Positions 43,958 to 52,525 of a stretch of DNA of 64,000 bases are shown one piece after another; position 1 is the first letter of the stretch, and each line of letters starts with the position of its first letter. The notes beneath the pieces were generated by a model. The model had not been told where the DNA came from and ran no database searches. It saw only the letters and a list, made by a program, of their open reading frames with translations. The DNA comes from Bacteroidota bacterium (GTDB lineage Bacteria > Bacteroidota > Bacteroidia > Bacteroidales > GCA-2748055), in the NCBI GenBank assembly GCA_039714775.1, contig JBDLIQ010000003.1, positions 13,226 to 77,225 of the forward strand, read 5' to 3'. Both the position numbers and the translations under genes were made by a program.

Positions 43958-46329
43958 GGGAATTAAGGAATTGTGTAATTGAGAAATTGGAGGTTGAATT
44001 AAGAGACATAGAGGCGATTGTGGAGGAGTTCGGGACGGCGCCGCGTGCTGTGATCCCCATTCTCCAGGCCATCCAGGGACGGTATAACTACCTGCCGGAG
44101 GAGGCGTTGAGGAGGGTGTGCGAGATCACGGAGATCACCCCGGCGCAGATCACCGGCGTGGCCAGTTTCTACTCCCAGTTTCGTTTCAAACCTGCAGGCG
44201 AGCACATCATCAGGGTCTGTGTTGGAACAGCCTGTCACGTGAAGGGGGCCGAGCTGGTACACGATGCAGTGAAGCGCGAGCTTGCGCTGGATGAGACGGA
44301 AGATACCACTGCAACGGGAACATACACCATTGAAAAGGTCAACTGCCTGGGTTGTTGCACCCTGGCTCCTGTGGTGCAGATCGACCAGGTCACCTATGGT
44401 CATGTAACCACATCGCAGGTGGCATCCATTCTTTCCGATTTTGAGAGCAGGGGAGGGGAGTCGCCCGGGAAACAATACAGGTATGCCGACGGAAGTGAGG
44501 TGGAGGGTGAGATCCGGATCGGGCTCGGGTCGTGTTGTGTGGCCAGCGGAAGCGATGAGATCCGTGATGCGGTGAAAGAGACCATCGACATCAAAGGGCT
44601 CAATGTAAAGCTGAAGCATGTAGGGTGTGTGGGGATGTGCCACCAGGTACCCCTGGTGGAGATAGTTCCGGCCGATGGAGAGGCGATCCTCTACTCGAAG
44701 GTGGATGCGGCCGATGTGGATCAGATCGTTGAACAGCACTTCAGGCCGGATGGATGGTTCAGGCGGATCACCGGCAGGCTGTTGCAGGTGGCCGATACCG
44801 TAAGGGATGACAGCCGGTGGGTGGGAGTGGACCGCTACTCCCTCGATGTGAGGGAGAGGCATGTCTCCTCTTTCCTGGACAAACAGGTTCCCATGGCCAC
44901 CGAATTCAGGGGAGTCATCAATCCGGTGGACCTGGAGGAGTACAAAGCGCGGAATGGATTCAGGGGGCTTGCCAGGGTACTGAAGAAGATGACCCCGGAT
45001 GAGCTGGTATCCGAGATTGCGGAGAGCGGCATGCGTGGAAGGGGAGGTGCCGGATTTCCTACCGGTGAGAAATGGCGAATGGTTGCCGAAGCCGAAAGTG
45101 AAACGAAATACATCATTTGCAACGGTGATGAGGGGGATCCGGGGGCATTTATGGACCGTATGTTGCTGGAGTCATACCCCTACCGGATCATCGAAGGGAT
45201 CATCGCCGCCGGATATGCCGTGGGGGCCCGCGAGGGGATCCTCTACATCAGGGCAGAGTATCCCCTGGCGGTAGGAAGGATTCAACAGGCCCTGGAGAGA
45301 TGCCGTGAAGAGGGTCTTCTTGGCGAAGGAATCATGGGAACGTCGTTTAGTTTTGACCTCTCAGTCTACCAGGGAGCCGGTGCTTTTGTTTGCGGTGAAG
45401 AGACCGCCCTGATGGAGTCGATCGAAGGAGCGCGCGGATTCCCCAGGGTTCGTCCCCCATTCCCTGCAGTGAAGGGGTTGTGGGGCTATCCCACCCTGAT
45501 AAACAATACCGAGACATTTGCACAGATCGCCTATATTCTCAAGAACGGGGCTGCAGCATTTAACCGCATCGGAAAAGGTGCCTCCCAGGGAACCAAGGTG
45601 TTTGCACTGGCGGGGAAGGTGGCCCGTGGCGGACTGATCGAGGTGCCCATGGGGATGACCATCAGGGAGGTGGTGGAGGAGATTGGTGGCGGGGTGGCCG
45701 GTGACCGCTCTTTTAAGGCGGTTCAGATCGGCGGACCCTCCGGTGGATGTGTCCCTTCGTGGGAATCGGATACCCCCATCGATTTTGAGTCCCTGAACAA
45801 GGTGGGAGCCATGATGGGTTCCGGGGGACTGGTGGTGCTGGATGACAGCGACTGCATGGTGGATATCGCCAGGTACTTCCTTACGTTTACCCAGAACGAA
45901 GCGTGTGGGAAATGCAGTTTCGGGCGCATCGGCACCAAACGGATGCTTGAGATCCTTGAGAAGATCACCACCGGAAAGGGAACAGCAGAAGATCTTGAGA
46001 AGCTGGAGCAGCTGGCAGAGTGGACCCGGAAGGGCAGCCTATGCGGCTTGTGCCGTACCGCACCCAATCCTGTTCTCTCTACCCTGAAGTACTTCAGGGA
46101 TGAGTATGAGGCCCACATCAGGGGAGAGTGCCCGGCAGGGCGGTGCAAGGAGCTGATCCGTTATGAGATCACCGACGACTGCATCGGCTGTACACTCTGT
46201 GCACAGGAGTGCCCCGTGGAGGCCATTGCATTCAGGCCCCACGAAAAGCACGAGGTGGACAGTGAATTGTGTATAGCGTGCGATGGCTGCAGGCAGGTTT
46301 GTCCGGAAAATGCAGTAATTGTAAAGTAG
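43942..46329 (+). CDS. fused NuoE-like / NuoF-like NAD(H)-binding Fe-S flavoprotein (HydB/HndC/StnAB-type)
   Basis: NuoE [2Fe-2S] motifs CVGTACH...CLGCC and a second thioredoxin-like [2Fe-2S] domain (GSCCVASG...CVGMCH). NuoF FMN/NADH site GRGGAGFPTGEKW, an N3-type cluster (CGKCSFGR...SLCGLC) and two C-terminal ferredoxin motifs (CIGCTLCAQECP, CIACDGCRQVCP). There is no in-frame ATG near the 5' end. The start must be TTG at 43942 (overlapping the propeller gene by 16 nt) or TTG at 43987. Confidence 0.85.
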   Translation: MYREVGELRNCVIEKLEVELRDIEAIVEEFGTAPRAVIPILQAIQGRYNYLPEEALRRVCEITEITPAQITGVASFYSQFRFKPAGEHIIRVCVGTACHVKGAELVHDAVKRELALDETEDTTATGTYTIEKVNCLGCCTLAPVVQIDQVTYGHVTTSQVASILSDFESRGGESPGKQYRYADGSEVEGEIRIGLGSCCVASGSDEIRDAVKETIDIKGLNVKLKHVGCVGMCHQVPLVEIVPADGEAILYSKVDAADVDQIVEQHFRPDGWFRRITGRLLQVADTVRDDSRWVGVDRYSLDVRERHVSSFLDKQVPMATEFRGVINPVDLEEYKARNGFRGLARVLKKMTPDELVSEIAESGMRGRGGAGFPTGEKWRMVAEAESETKYIICNGDEGDPGAFMDRMLLESYPYRIIEGIIAAGYAVGAREGILYIRAEYPLAVGRIQQALERCREEGLLGEGIMGTSFSFDLSVYQGAGAFVCGEETALMESIEGARGFPRVRPPFPAVKGLWGYPTLINNTETFAQIAYILKNGAAAFNRIGKGASQGTKVFALAGKVARGGLIEVPMGMTIREVVEEIGGGVAGDRSFKAVQIGGPSGGCVPSWESDTPIDFESLNKVGAMMGSGGLVVLDDSDCMVDIARYFLTFTQNEACGKCSFGRIGTKRMLEILEKITTGKGTAEDLEKLEQLAEWTRKGSLCGLCRTAPNPVLSTLKYFRDEYEAHIRGECPAGRCKELIRYEITDDCIGCTLCAQECPVEAIAFRPHEKHEVDSELCIACDGCRQVCPENAVIVK

Positions 46330-46348
46330 TGAAGTCGAAAGTTACAGG

Positions 46349-47902
46349 ATGGTAAAACTGAAGATCGATAACAGGGAGGTTGAGGCAAAGAGGGGTGCCG
46401 TGCTGATGGCAACCATCCGGGGGATGGGTGTGGAGGTTCCCTCTATGTGCTACCTGGAGGGTGAACCCCACCTTGCCTCCTGTATGGTCTGTGTGGTGAA
46501 GGATAATAAAACAGGAAAGCTGATCCCCTCCTGCTCATTTGAGGTAGAAGAGGGAATGGATATTATTAGCGGGGATGAGGAGGTGATGGAGGCCCGCAGA
46601 ATGGCCCTGGAGCTGCTGTTGAGCGAACATGTTGGTGATTGCGAAGCACCGTGCCAGGTGAGCTGTCCGGCCCACATGAACATCCCGCTGATGAACCGGC
46701 TGCTGGCGAAAGGTGCATTTGATGAGGCCCTGCGGGTGGTGAAACGGGACATTGCCCTGCCCTCGGTACTTGGCAGGATCTGTCCCGCACCCTGCGAGGG
46801 GGCATGCCGGAGAAAGTCCATCGATGAGCCGGTCTCCATCTGCCTGCTGAAACGATTTGCCGGCGATACCGACCTCTTCAGCGAACAACCCTGGATGCCA
46901 CCAATGGAAAAAGCGACCGGTAAAAAGGTGGCGGTGATCGGGGCTGGACCCGGGGGACTGGCGGCAGCGTGGCACCTGGCCCTGAAGGGGCACCGGGTTA
47001 CGGTGACCGACCGCAACGAAAAGGCCGGGGGCAGTCTGCTGAAGGAGGTGCCTGAGGCGGAACTTCCGCCAGAGGTGCTGGAGCGTGAGCTTGATCTGAT
47101 CCGAAAGGCGGGTGTGAAATTTCAGCTTGGTGAGGCGGTGGATGCAGCAAAGTTCAGAGAGATATCAAAAGCGAGCGACGCTGTGGTTGTGGCGGTAGGA
47201 AAAGGAGAGAGCGGCATCGAAACCTGGGGAGTTCCCATGCACGACAAAGGGGTGGAAGCGGATCGCTCCACCTACCGGGTGGGGGAGACCACTCTTTTTG
47301 TAGTGGGCAGTGCACTGAGGCCCTCCCGCATGGCCATCCGGGCACTTGGACAGGGCAAGGAGGTGGCCTTCAGCGTGGACCAGTTTCTAAGCGGTGAACC
47401 GGTTACAGGCGAAAAGTTCAGGTTCAACTCCAGGTTCGGAAAGCTGGTTCAGGAGGAGTATGGTGAGTACCTGAAGGAGTCAAAACCGGGAGCCCGCCTG
47501 GAGCCTGAGATACCGGCGAAAGGATTAACAGAGGCGCAGGTGATGGAGGAGGCTGCCCGCTGTCTGCACTGCGACTGCCGCGATCTGGATAACTGCAAGC
47601 TTCGCCTCCACGCTGATGCGTACAATGCCCAACAGAGAAGGTTTAAACCTGAGGAGCGGGCCATCTGCCGGAAGATCGACCAGCACGAGCTTGTGATCTA
47701 CGAACCCTCCAAATGCATCAGGTGCGGCATCTGCATCAGGGTCGCCGAAAAATACAGGGAGGAGATAGGCCTCACCTTTATCGGCAGGGGATTTGAGATG
47801 GTGGTGGAGGTCCCCTTCAACGAACCCATAAGCAACGGCCTCAAAAAAGCGGCGGCCGAGGTGGCTCAGGCGTGCCCCACAGGAGCCATTAGCCGAAAAT
47901 AA
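46349..47902 (+). CDS. Fe-S flavoprotein with NuoG/HydA-N-terminal-like [2Fe-2S] and Fe-S domains fused to a GltD-like FAD/NAD(P)H oxidoreductase (StnC/NfnB-like)
   Basis: N-terminus MVKLKIDNREVEA...CYLEGEPHLASCMVCVV, then HVGDCEAPCQVSCP. GltD-type segment RICPAPCEGACRR and dinucleotide fold KKVAVIGAGPGGLAAAWHLA. C-terminal Cys clusters CLHCDC and CIRCGICIRV...CPTGAI. No [FeFe]-hydrogenase H-cluster motifs. Confidence 0.8.
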   Translation: MVKLKIDNREVEAKRGAVLMATIRGMGVEVPSMCYLEGEPHLASCMVCVVKDNKTGKLIPSCSFEVEEGMDIISGDEEVMEARRMALELLLSEHVGDCEAPCQVSCPAHMNIPLMNRLLAKGAFDEALRVVKRDIALPSVLGRICPAPCEGACRRKSIDEPVSICLLKRFAGDTDLFSEQPWMPPMEKATGKKVAVIGAGPGGLAAAWHLALKGHRVTVTDRNEKAGGSLLKEVPEAELPPEVLERELDLIRKAGVKFQLGEAVDAAKFREISKASDAVVVAVGKGESGIETWGVPMHDKGVEADRSTYRVGETTLFVVGSALRPSRMAIRALGQGKEVAFSVDQFLSGEPVTGEKFRFNSRFGKLVQEEYGEYLKESKPGARLEPEIPAKGLTEAQVMEEAARCLHCDCRDLDNCKLRLHADAYNAQQRRFKPEERAICRKIDQHELVIYEPSKCIRCGICIRVAEKYREEIGLTFIGRGFEMVVEVPFNEPISNGLKKAAAEVAQACPTGAISRK

Positions 47903-47998
47903 AATATCGGAATTTTATTCCTAAGTTGTAGGTCATTTGAAGCAACGGCAGGATAATGAGCAAAACTGTTGATTTTTGGAATTGTATTGATCTTAATC

Positions 47999-49243
47999 AT
48001 GAACAAAATGAATGATGCGACATCTGCTAATTATATGAGGATTGTCATATTGAGTTTATATTTAGCCACCCTGTTAATTGGCTGTACACATAAAAATCCG
48101 GAAACCTTAAAGGTAAAGGCAGTACCTGTTTACGGGAAAGTAAACGGCAACATTCTTTCAGGCTCCTCAGTTTTGAATGATCCTGACCGGTTTGTTTGGG
48201 GTGGCAGTGTAATTCAAGGGTCCGATAACAGATACCACATGCTTTATGCTACCTGGGAGTGCGGCGATTCAATTCCGGAGTTTTCAACCTCATGGCTGTT
48301 GCATTCTAAAATTGCTTATGCTGTTTCTGATTATCCTGACAGAGATTTTAAATTCCAAAAAATTGTTTTGCGAGGAAGATCTTTAGAAGGGGACTCAACA
48401 GCATGGGATGCTCAAACGGTTCATAATCCCCACATTAAACAGTTTGACAACAAGTATTACTTGTACTATGTTGGAGCAAAAGATCCAGGTGTTCAGCCAG
48501 TTGGTTCAAAAGGAGAGCAGGTCAACAGACGTAACAGGGTTCAACAGAGTCAATGCATTGGTGTTGTTGTATTCAACAGTTTTGAAGAGTTGCTGAATGG
48601 GAACTTCAGAAGATCAGAGGCTCCTGTTCTGGTACCAGGAACAAGGGTAAAACCGGATCATATTGTAAAGCCCTCACCTGAAGGAACAGAACCCAGGCCT
48701 GACAACATCATTGTAGTTAATCCTTCAGTTGTCCAGCGTCATTCGGATGGAAAATACCTGTTATACTTCAAGGGGAACTTTTACAATCCCGGATGGAGAG
48801 GAGTACACGGGGTTGCCATAGCTGACTCACCAGAAGGGCCATTTACGGCAACAGATCATTTTGTATTTGATATACGTCATGAAGATGGAAAAATAGCCAG
48901 TGGTGAAGATCCTTATGTCTGGTATCATCACGCACATGAAAAATACTATGTAGTGCTCAAGGATTTCACAGGAAGAATAACAGGAGAAGAAGCCGGATTG
49001 GCCCTGCTGGAATCTCTGGATGGAATCAGGTGGACAAAACCTGACAACCCTCTCTTTATGAAAAAAGAGGTTGTTCTTCACAGCGGAGATACCATCATGG
49101 TGAAACGACTGGAACGCCCCCAGATCCTAAGTGATGAGAATGGTAATCCAAAAGTTTTATATTGTGCGTGTGCATTGGTTGATATTAATACCCGTAAAGA
49201 CGGGGTTTCATTTAATGTTCAGATTCCACTAAGATTGGAATGA
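47999..49243 (+). CDS. GH43/GH117-like five-bladed beta-propeller glycosidase-like lipoprotein
   Basis: Lipobox LATLLIGC. Blade-like motifs WDAQTVHNPHIKQFDNKYYLYYVG, VVNPSVVQRHSDGKYLLYFKG, GEDPYVWYHHAHEKYYVVLKD and ERPQILSDENGNPKVLY. The family assignment is from memory only. Confidence 0.55.
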   Translation: MNKMNDATSANYMRIVILSLYLATLLIGCTHKNPETLKVKAVPVYGKVNGNILSGSSVLNDPDRFVWGGSVIQGSDNRYHMLYATWECGDSIPEFSTSWLLHSKIAYAVSDYPDRDFKFQKIVLRGRSLEGDSTAWDAQTVHNPHIKQFDNKYYLYYVGAKDPGVQPVGSKGEQVNRRNRVQQSQCIGVVVFNSFEELLNGNFRRSEAPVLVPGTRVKPDHIVKPSPEGTEPRPDNIIVVNPSVVQRHSDGKYLLYFKGNFYNPGWRGVHGVAIADSPEGPFTATDHFVFDIRHEDGKIASGEDPYVWYHHAHEKYYVVLKDFTGRITGEEAGLALLESLDGIRWTKPDNPLFMKKEVVLHSGDTIMVKRLERPQILSDENGNPKVLYCACALVDINTRKDGVSFNVQIPLRLE

Positions 49244-49292
49244 AAGTTGTTAAAGGGTTACAGACTACAGAATGTTGCATAGAGATCTTCGC

Positions 49293-50426
49293 ATGAGATT
49301 AAAAACCTCCTGGTTCCTGTTGTTGCTGGTCTCTGGTGGACTACTCCTATCGGGATCGTTGGTTCGGGCACAGACAGACGGATGCTGGGGGAACGCCAGG
49401 GGGGATGCGCAGTTGACCGGTGTGAGCCGTTCCGCTCTGCCGGGCCAGTTGGAACTGCTCTGGAGCTTTAAGACCGGCGACGGGATCAAGGCGGCCCCGG
49501 TGGTCTGCAACGGGGTGATCGTGGTGGGTACGGTAAGCGGTAAACTGTATGGTATCAACAGCGACGGGACCCTCAAATGGAAGATCATCTCAGAAAACGG
49601 CATCGAGGCACCTGCCCTTATTGTGGAGGATGTGGTCTATGCCGGGAACCTGGATGGTACCCTCTATGCCATCGACCTTGAGAGCGGGAATGTCCGTTGG
49701 ACCTACAGGACAGAGGGTCAGATTATGGGAGCCCCCACCTTTTACAGATCCGGCAACAGGCAGGTTCTGATGGTGGGCAGTTATGATTACTACCTGCATG
49801 GGATCGATCCCAAAACCGGCAGGGGATTATGGAAATATGAGACCTGGAATTACATCAACGGGACCTGTGCAATCTACGACGGGAAAGCGGTTTTCGGGGG
49901 GTGTGACGGTTTTATCCACATGGTGGATGCCCTGAGCGGAAGCGCAGTGGCAAGCCTGGAGATCTCCACCTATGTGGCCAGTTCGGGCTGCATAGACGGC
50001 AATCATGCCTATGTGGGGGACTACGACGGGCGGTTTTCGGCGGTTAACCTGGAGGCACAGGAGGTGAGCTGGCAGTTTGAAAACAGCGAGGCCCACCTCC
50101 CCTTCATCGGATCACCTGCTATCATAGGAAGTCGCGTATACATAGGGAACAGGGACAAACAGATGTACTGTCTTGATAAAGAGGATGGATCGCTGGTGTG
50201 GAGATACAACACAGGGAGCCGGGTCGATGCCTCCCCGGTAATTGTGGGGGACAACGTGCTGACTGCCAACATGAGGGGTGATCTCTTCCTGCTGGATAGC
50301 AAATCTGGCAAACCCGCCTGGAGCTATGAGCTTGGGAGCCCTATTCATGCCAATCCGGCAGTGGCCGGGGGGCGCATCTATGTGGCCGCAGATGACGGCA
50401 GGGTTTACTGTTTTGGGAACAAATAG
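49293..50426 (+). CDS. BamB/PQQ-like beta-propeller, paralog 6 (exported)
   Basis: ATG at 49293 gives MRLKTSWFLLLLVSGGLLLSGSLVRAQ. It has WGNARGDAQLTG and very regular blades (G.LY(A/G)I(D/N)...G...W). Confidence 0.85.
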   Translation: MRLKTSWFLLLLVSGGLLLSGSLVRAQTDGCWGNARGDAQLTGVSRSALPGQLELLWSFKTGDGIKAAPVVCNGVIVVGTVSGKLYGINSDGTLKWKIISENGIEAPALIVEDVVYAGNLDGTLYAIDLESGNVRWTYRTEGQIMGAPTFYRSGNRQVLMVGSYDYYLHGIDPKTGRGLWKYETWNYINGTCAIYDGKAVFGGCDGFIHMVDALSGSAVASLEISTYVASSGCIDGNHAYVGDYDGRFSAVNLEAQEVSWQFENSEAHLPFIGSPAIIGSRVYIGNRDKQMYCLDKEDGSLVWRYNTGSRVDASPVIVGDNVLTANMRGDLFLLDSKSGKPAWSYELGSPIHANPAVAGGRIYVAADDGRVYCFGNK

Positions 50427-50454
50427 TTGGATTTAGTCTCAAAGTTTAGTATCA

Positions 50455-51807
50455 ATGAAAATAATGCACATCATACCCGGATCGGGGGGAAGTTTTTACT
50501 GCGGCAATTGTCTGCGGGACTCGAAATATGTGGAGGCCCTTCGAAAGTCGGACCACCAGGTGGTGAAATTGCCCATGTACCTGCCGCTGTTTGCCGATGA
50601 GCACGACCTGACACGGGAGATCCCTGTCTTTTACGGGGCCATCAGCATCTACCTGAAACAACGCTTCCCGCTTTTCAGAAGGGCACCGGGATGGGTCGAC
50701 CGGGCCCTCAACTCAAAGCCGATGCTGAAGCTGGCCTCAAAATTCGCGGGTTCTACCCGTGCCAAAGGGTTGGAGGAGATGACCGTCTCCATGCTCCTGG
50801 GTGAAGAGGGACAACAGGGCGAAGAGCTTGAGAAGATGGTGGATTGGATCGTCGACAACTGCAATCCCGATGTGATCCACCTCTCCAACGCACTGCTGCT
50901 GGGGCTGGCCCGGCAGCTCTCCACCCGCCTGAATGTACCGGTGATCTGTTCCCTCCAGGACGAAGATGTATGGGTGGATGTGATGAAACCATCGGCCAGG
51001 GAGAGCGTCTGGAAGCTGATGTCAAAAAAGGCAGCAGATGTGAGTTCCTTCATACCGGTAAGTGATTATTATGCGGATGTGATGAGGGAGAAGATGGAGA
51101 TCCCCCCGGGGAAGATGGAGAAGGTACACATTGGTGTTGATCCGGCCGATTACAGCTTCAGTCCGGTTTCCAAAAAGGGTCGGAACATCGGGTTCGTCTC
51201 CCGCATGTGTCACGGAAACGGCCTTGATATCCTGGTGGATGCATTTATCATGATCAGGCAAAAACCGGAATTTGATGATGTCCGGCTGGTGCTTACAGGA
51301 GGCTCTACAGGCGATGACCGGAAATTCCTGCATGATATGAAGAGAGAGATCAGGGAGCACGGACTGCAGGAGCAGGTGGAGTTTCACGAGGAGTTTGAGG
51401 AGGAGGGGCTGAGGGAGTTCCTGGAGAAGGTCTCCATGGTGTCGGTCCCGGTCAGGAACGGAGAGGCATTCGGGATCTACCTGCTGGAGTGCATGGTATC
51501 GGGGGTGCCGGTGGTGCAGCCTGCACTGGGTGCATTCCCGGAGATTATCGGGCTAACCGGCGGGGGTGTGGTGTATGACTCCAACACCCCGGAGCAGCTG
51601 GCCCAATCGCTGGAGAAGCTGTTATCAGACCCTGTCTTGCTGGAGCGTCTGAGCTGGAAGGGTGCCAGGGGGGTGGAGGAACATTTTCACATTGATATGC
51701 AGGCCAAACAGATGGTTGAGGTGTATGAAGAGGCCATCCGGAAGGCGGAGCATGCCCAACAGGACCCAACCGGGCCTATCTCCAAAACTAACCCACCATC
51801 TCACTAA
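50455..51807 (+). CDS. GT4-family (GT-B fold) glycosyltransferase
   Basis: MKIMHIIPGSGGSFYCGNC..., with the C-terminal donor-binding motif VPVRNGEAFGIYLLECMVSGVPVV (E-x7-E-like). Confidence 0.8.
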   Translation: MKIMHIIPGSGGSFYCGNCLRDSKYVEALRKSDHQVVKLPMYLPLFADEHDLTREIPVFYGAISIYLKQRFPLFRRAPGWVDRALNSKPMLKLASKFAGSTRAKGLEEMTVSMLLGEEGQQGEELEKMVDWIVDNCNPDVIHLSNALLLGLARQLSTRLNVPVICSLQDEDVWVDVMKPSARESVWKLMSKKAADVSSFIPVSDYYADVMREKMEIPPGKMEKVHIGVDPADYSFSPVSKKGRNIGFVSRMCHGNGLDILVDAFIMIRQKPEFDDVRLVLTGGSTGDDRKFLHDMKREIREHGLQEQVEFHEEFEEEGLREFLEKVSMVSVPVRNGEAFGIYLLECMVSGVPVVQPALGAFPEIIGLTGGGVVYDSNTPEQLAQSLEKLLSDPVLLERLSWKGARGVEEHFHIDMQAKQMVEVYEEAIRKAEHAQQDPTGPISKTNPPSH

Positions 51808-51826
51808 CCTTCTAACTCACTGTCAT

Positions 51827-52504
51827 ATGCTTCTGTCGCTGAAGAACATCACCAAAGGATTCGGAAATCCCGGGGAGCTCTCCCACCGGAAGGTGCTGGA
51901 GGATCTTTCACTGGATGTGGAACAGGGGGAAAGCATCGCCATCCTGGGACCGTCGGGTTCGGGAAAGACCACACTGTTGAATGTTATCGGGGGACTGGAC
52001 CATCCCGACCGGGGATCGGTGCGTTTTATGGGAGAGGAGATCTCCGCATTTTCCACCTCTGCAATGGACCGATACAGGAACAGGGAGATCGGGTTTGTCT
52101 TTCAGTTCCACCACCTGCTTCCACAATGCACGCTGCTTGAAAATGTCCTGATCCCCACACTGGTGAATCCAAAGGCCGGTGAGGGAAGCAATGAGCGTGC
52201 CGAAGGGTTGATGAAGCGGGTGGGGATCTGGGAGTACCGGGACAAACTGCCAGGGAAGGTGTCGGGAGGAGAGTGCCAGCGTGCCGCCGTGGTGAGGGCC
52301 ATGATCAATGCACCCTCCCTGCTGCTGGCCGATGAACCCACCGGGGCACTCGACAGGGAGAATGTGGAGACCATGGCCGATCTGCTGCTGGAGCTGAACC
52401 GGGAGGATGGATTGACACTTCTGATGGTTACCCACTCCACCGTCCTGGCAAAACGGATGGGAAGGACCCTTGAGCTGACAGGTGGGAACCTTCGTGAAAT
52501 CTGA
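51827..52504 (+). CDS. ABC transporter ATP-binding protein (LolD/MacB/YbbA family)
   Basis: ATG at 51827. Walker A GPSGSGKTT, Q-loop FVFQ, signature VSGGECQR, Walker B LLLADEPTGALD and H-loop VTHS. Confidence 0.9.
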   Translation: MLLSLKNITKGFGNPGELSHRKVLEDLSLDVEQGESIAILGPSGSGKTTLLNVIGGLDHPDRGSVRFMGEEISAFSTSAMDRYRNREIGFVFQFHHLLPQCTLLENVLIPTLVNPKAGEGSNERAEGLMKRVGIWEYRDKLPGKVSGGECQRAAVVRAMINAPSLLLADEPTGALDRENVETMADLLLELNREDGLTLLMVTHSTVLAKRMGRTLELTGGNLREI

Positions 52505-52525
52505 TTCACTGACTGAGATACGGAT

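Noticed and set aside
43942-47902. Respiratory complex I fragment or [FeFe]-hydrogenase
   Set aside because: No other nuo genes are adjacent. The 517-aa protein lacks H-cluster motifs and instead carries a GltD-like FAD/NAD(P)H domain. A soluble Bfu/Stn-like module fits better.
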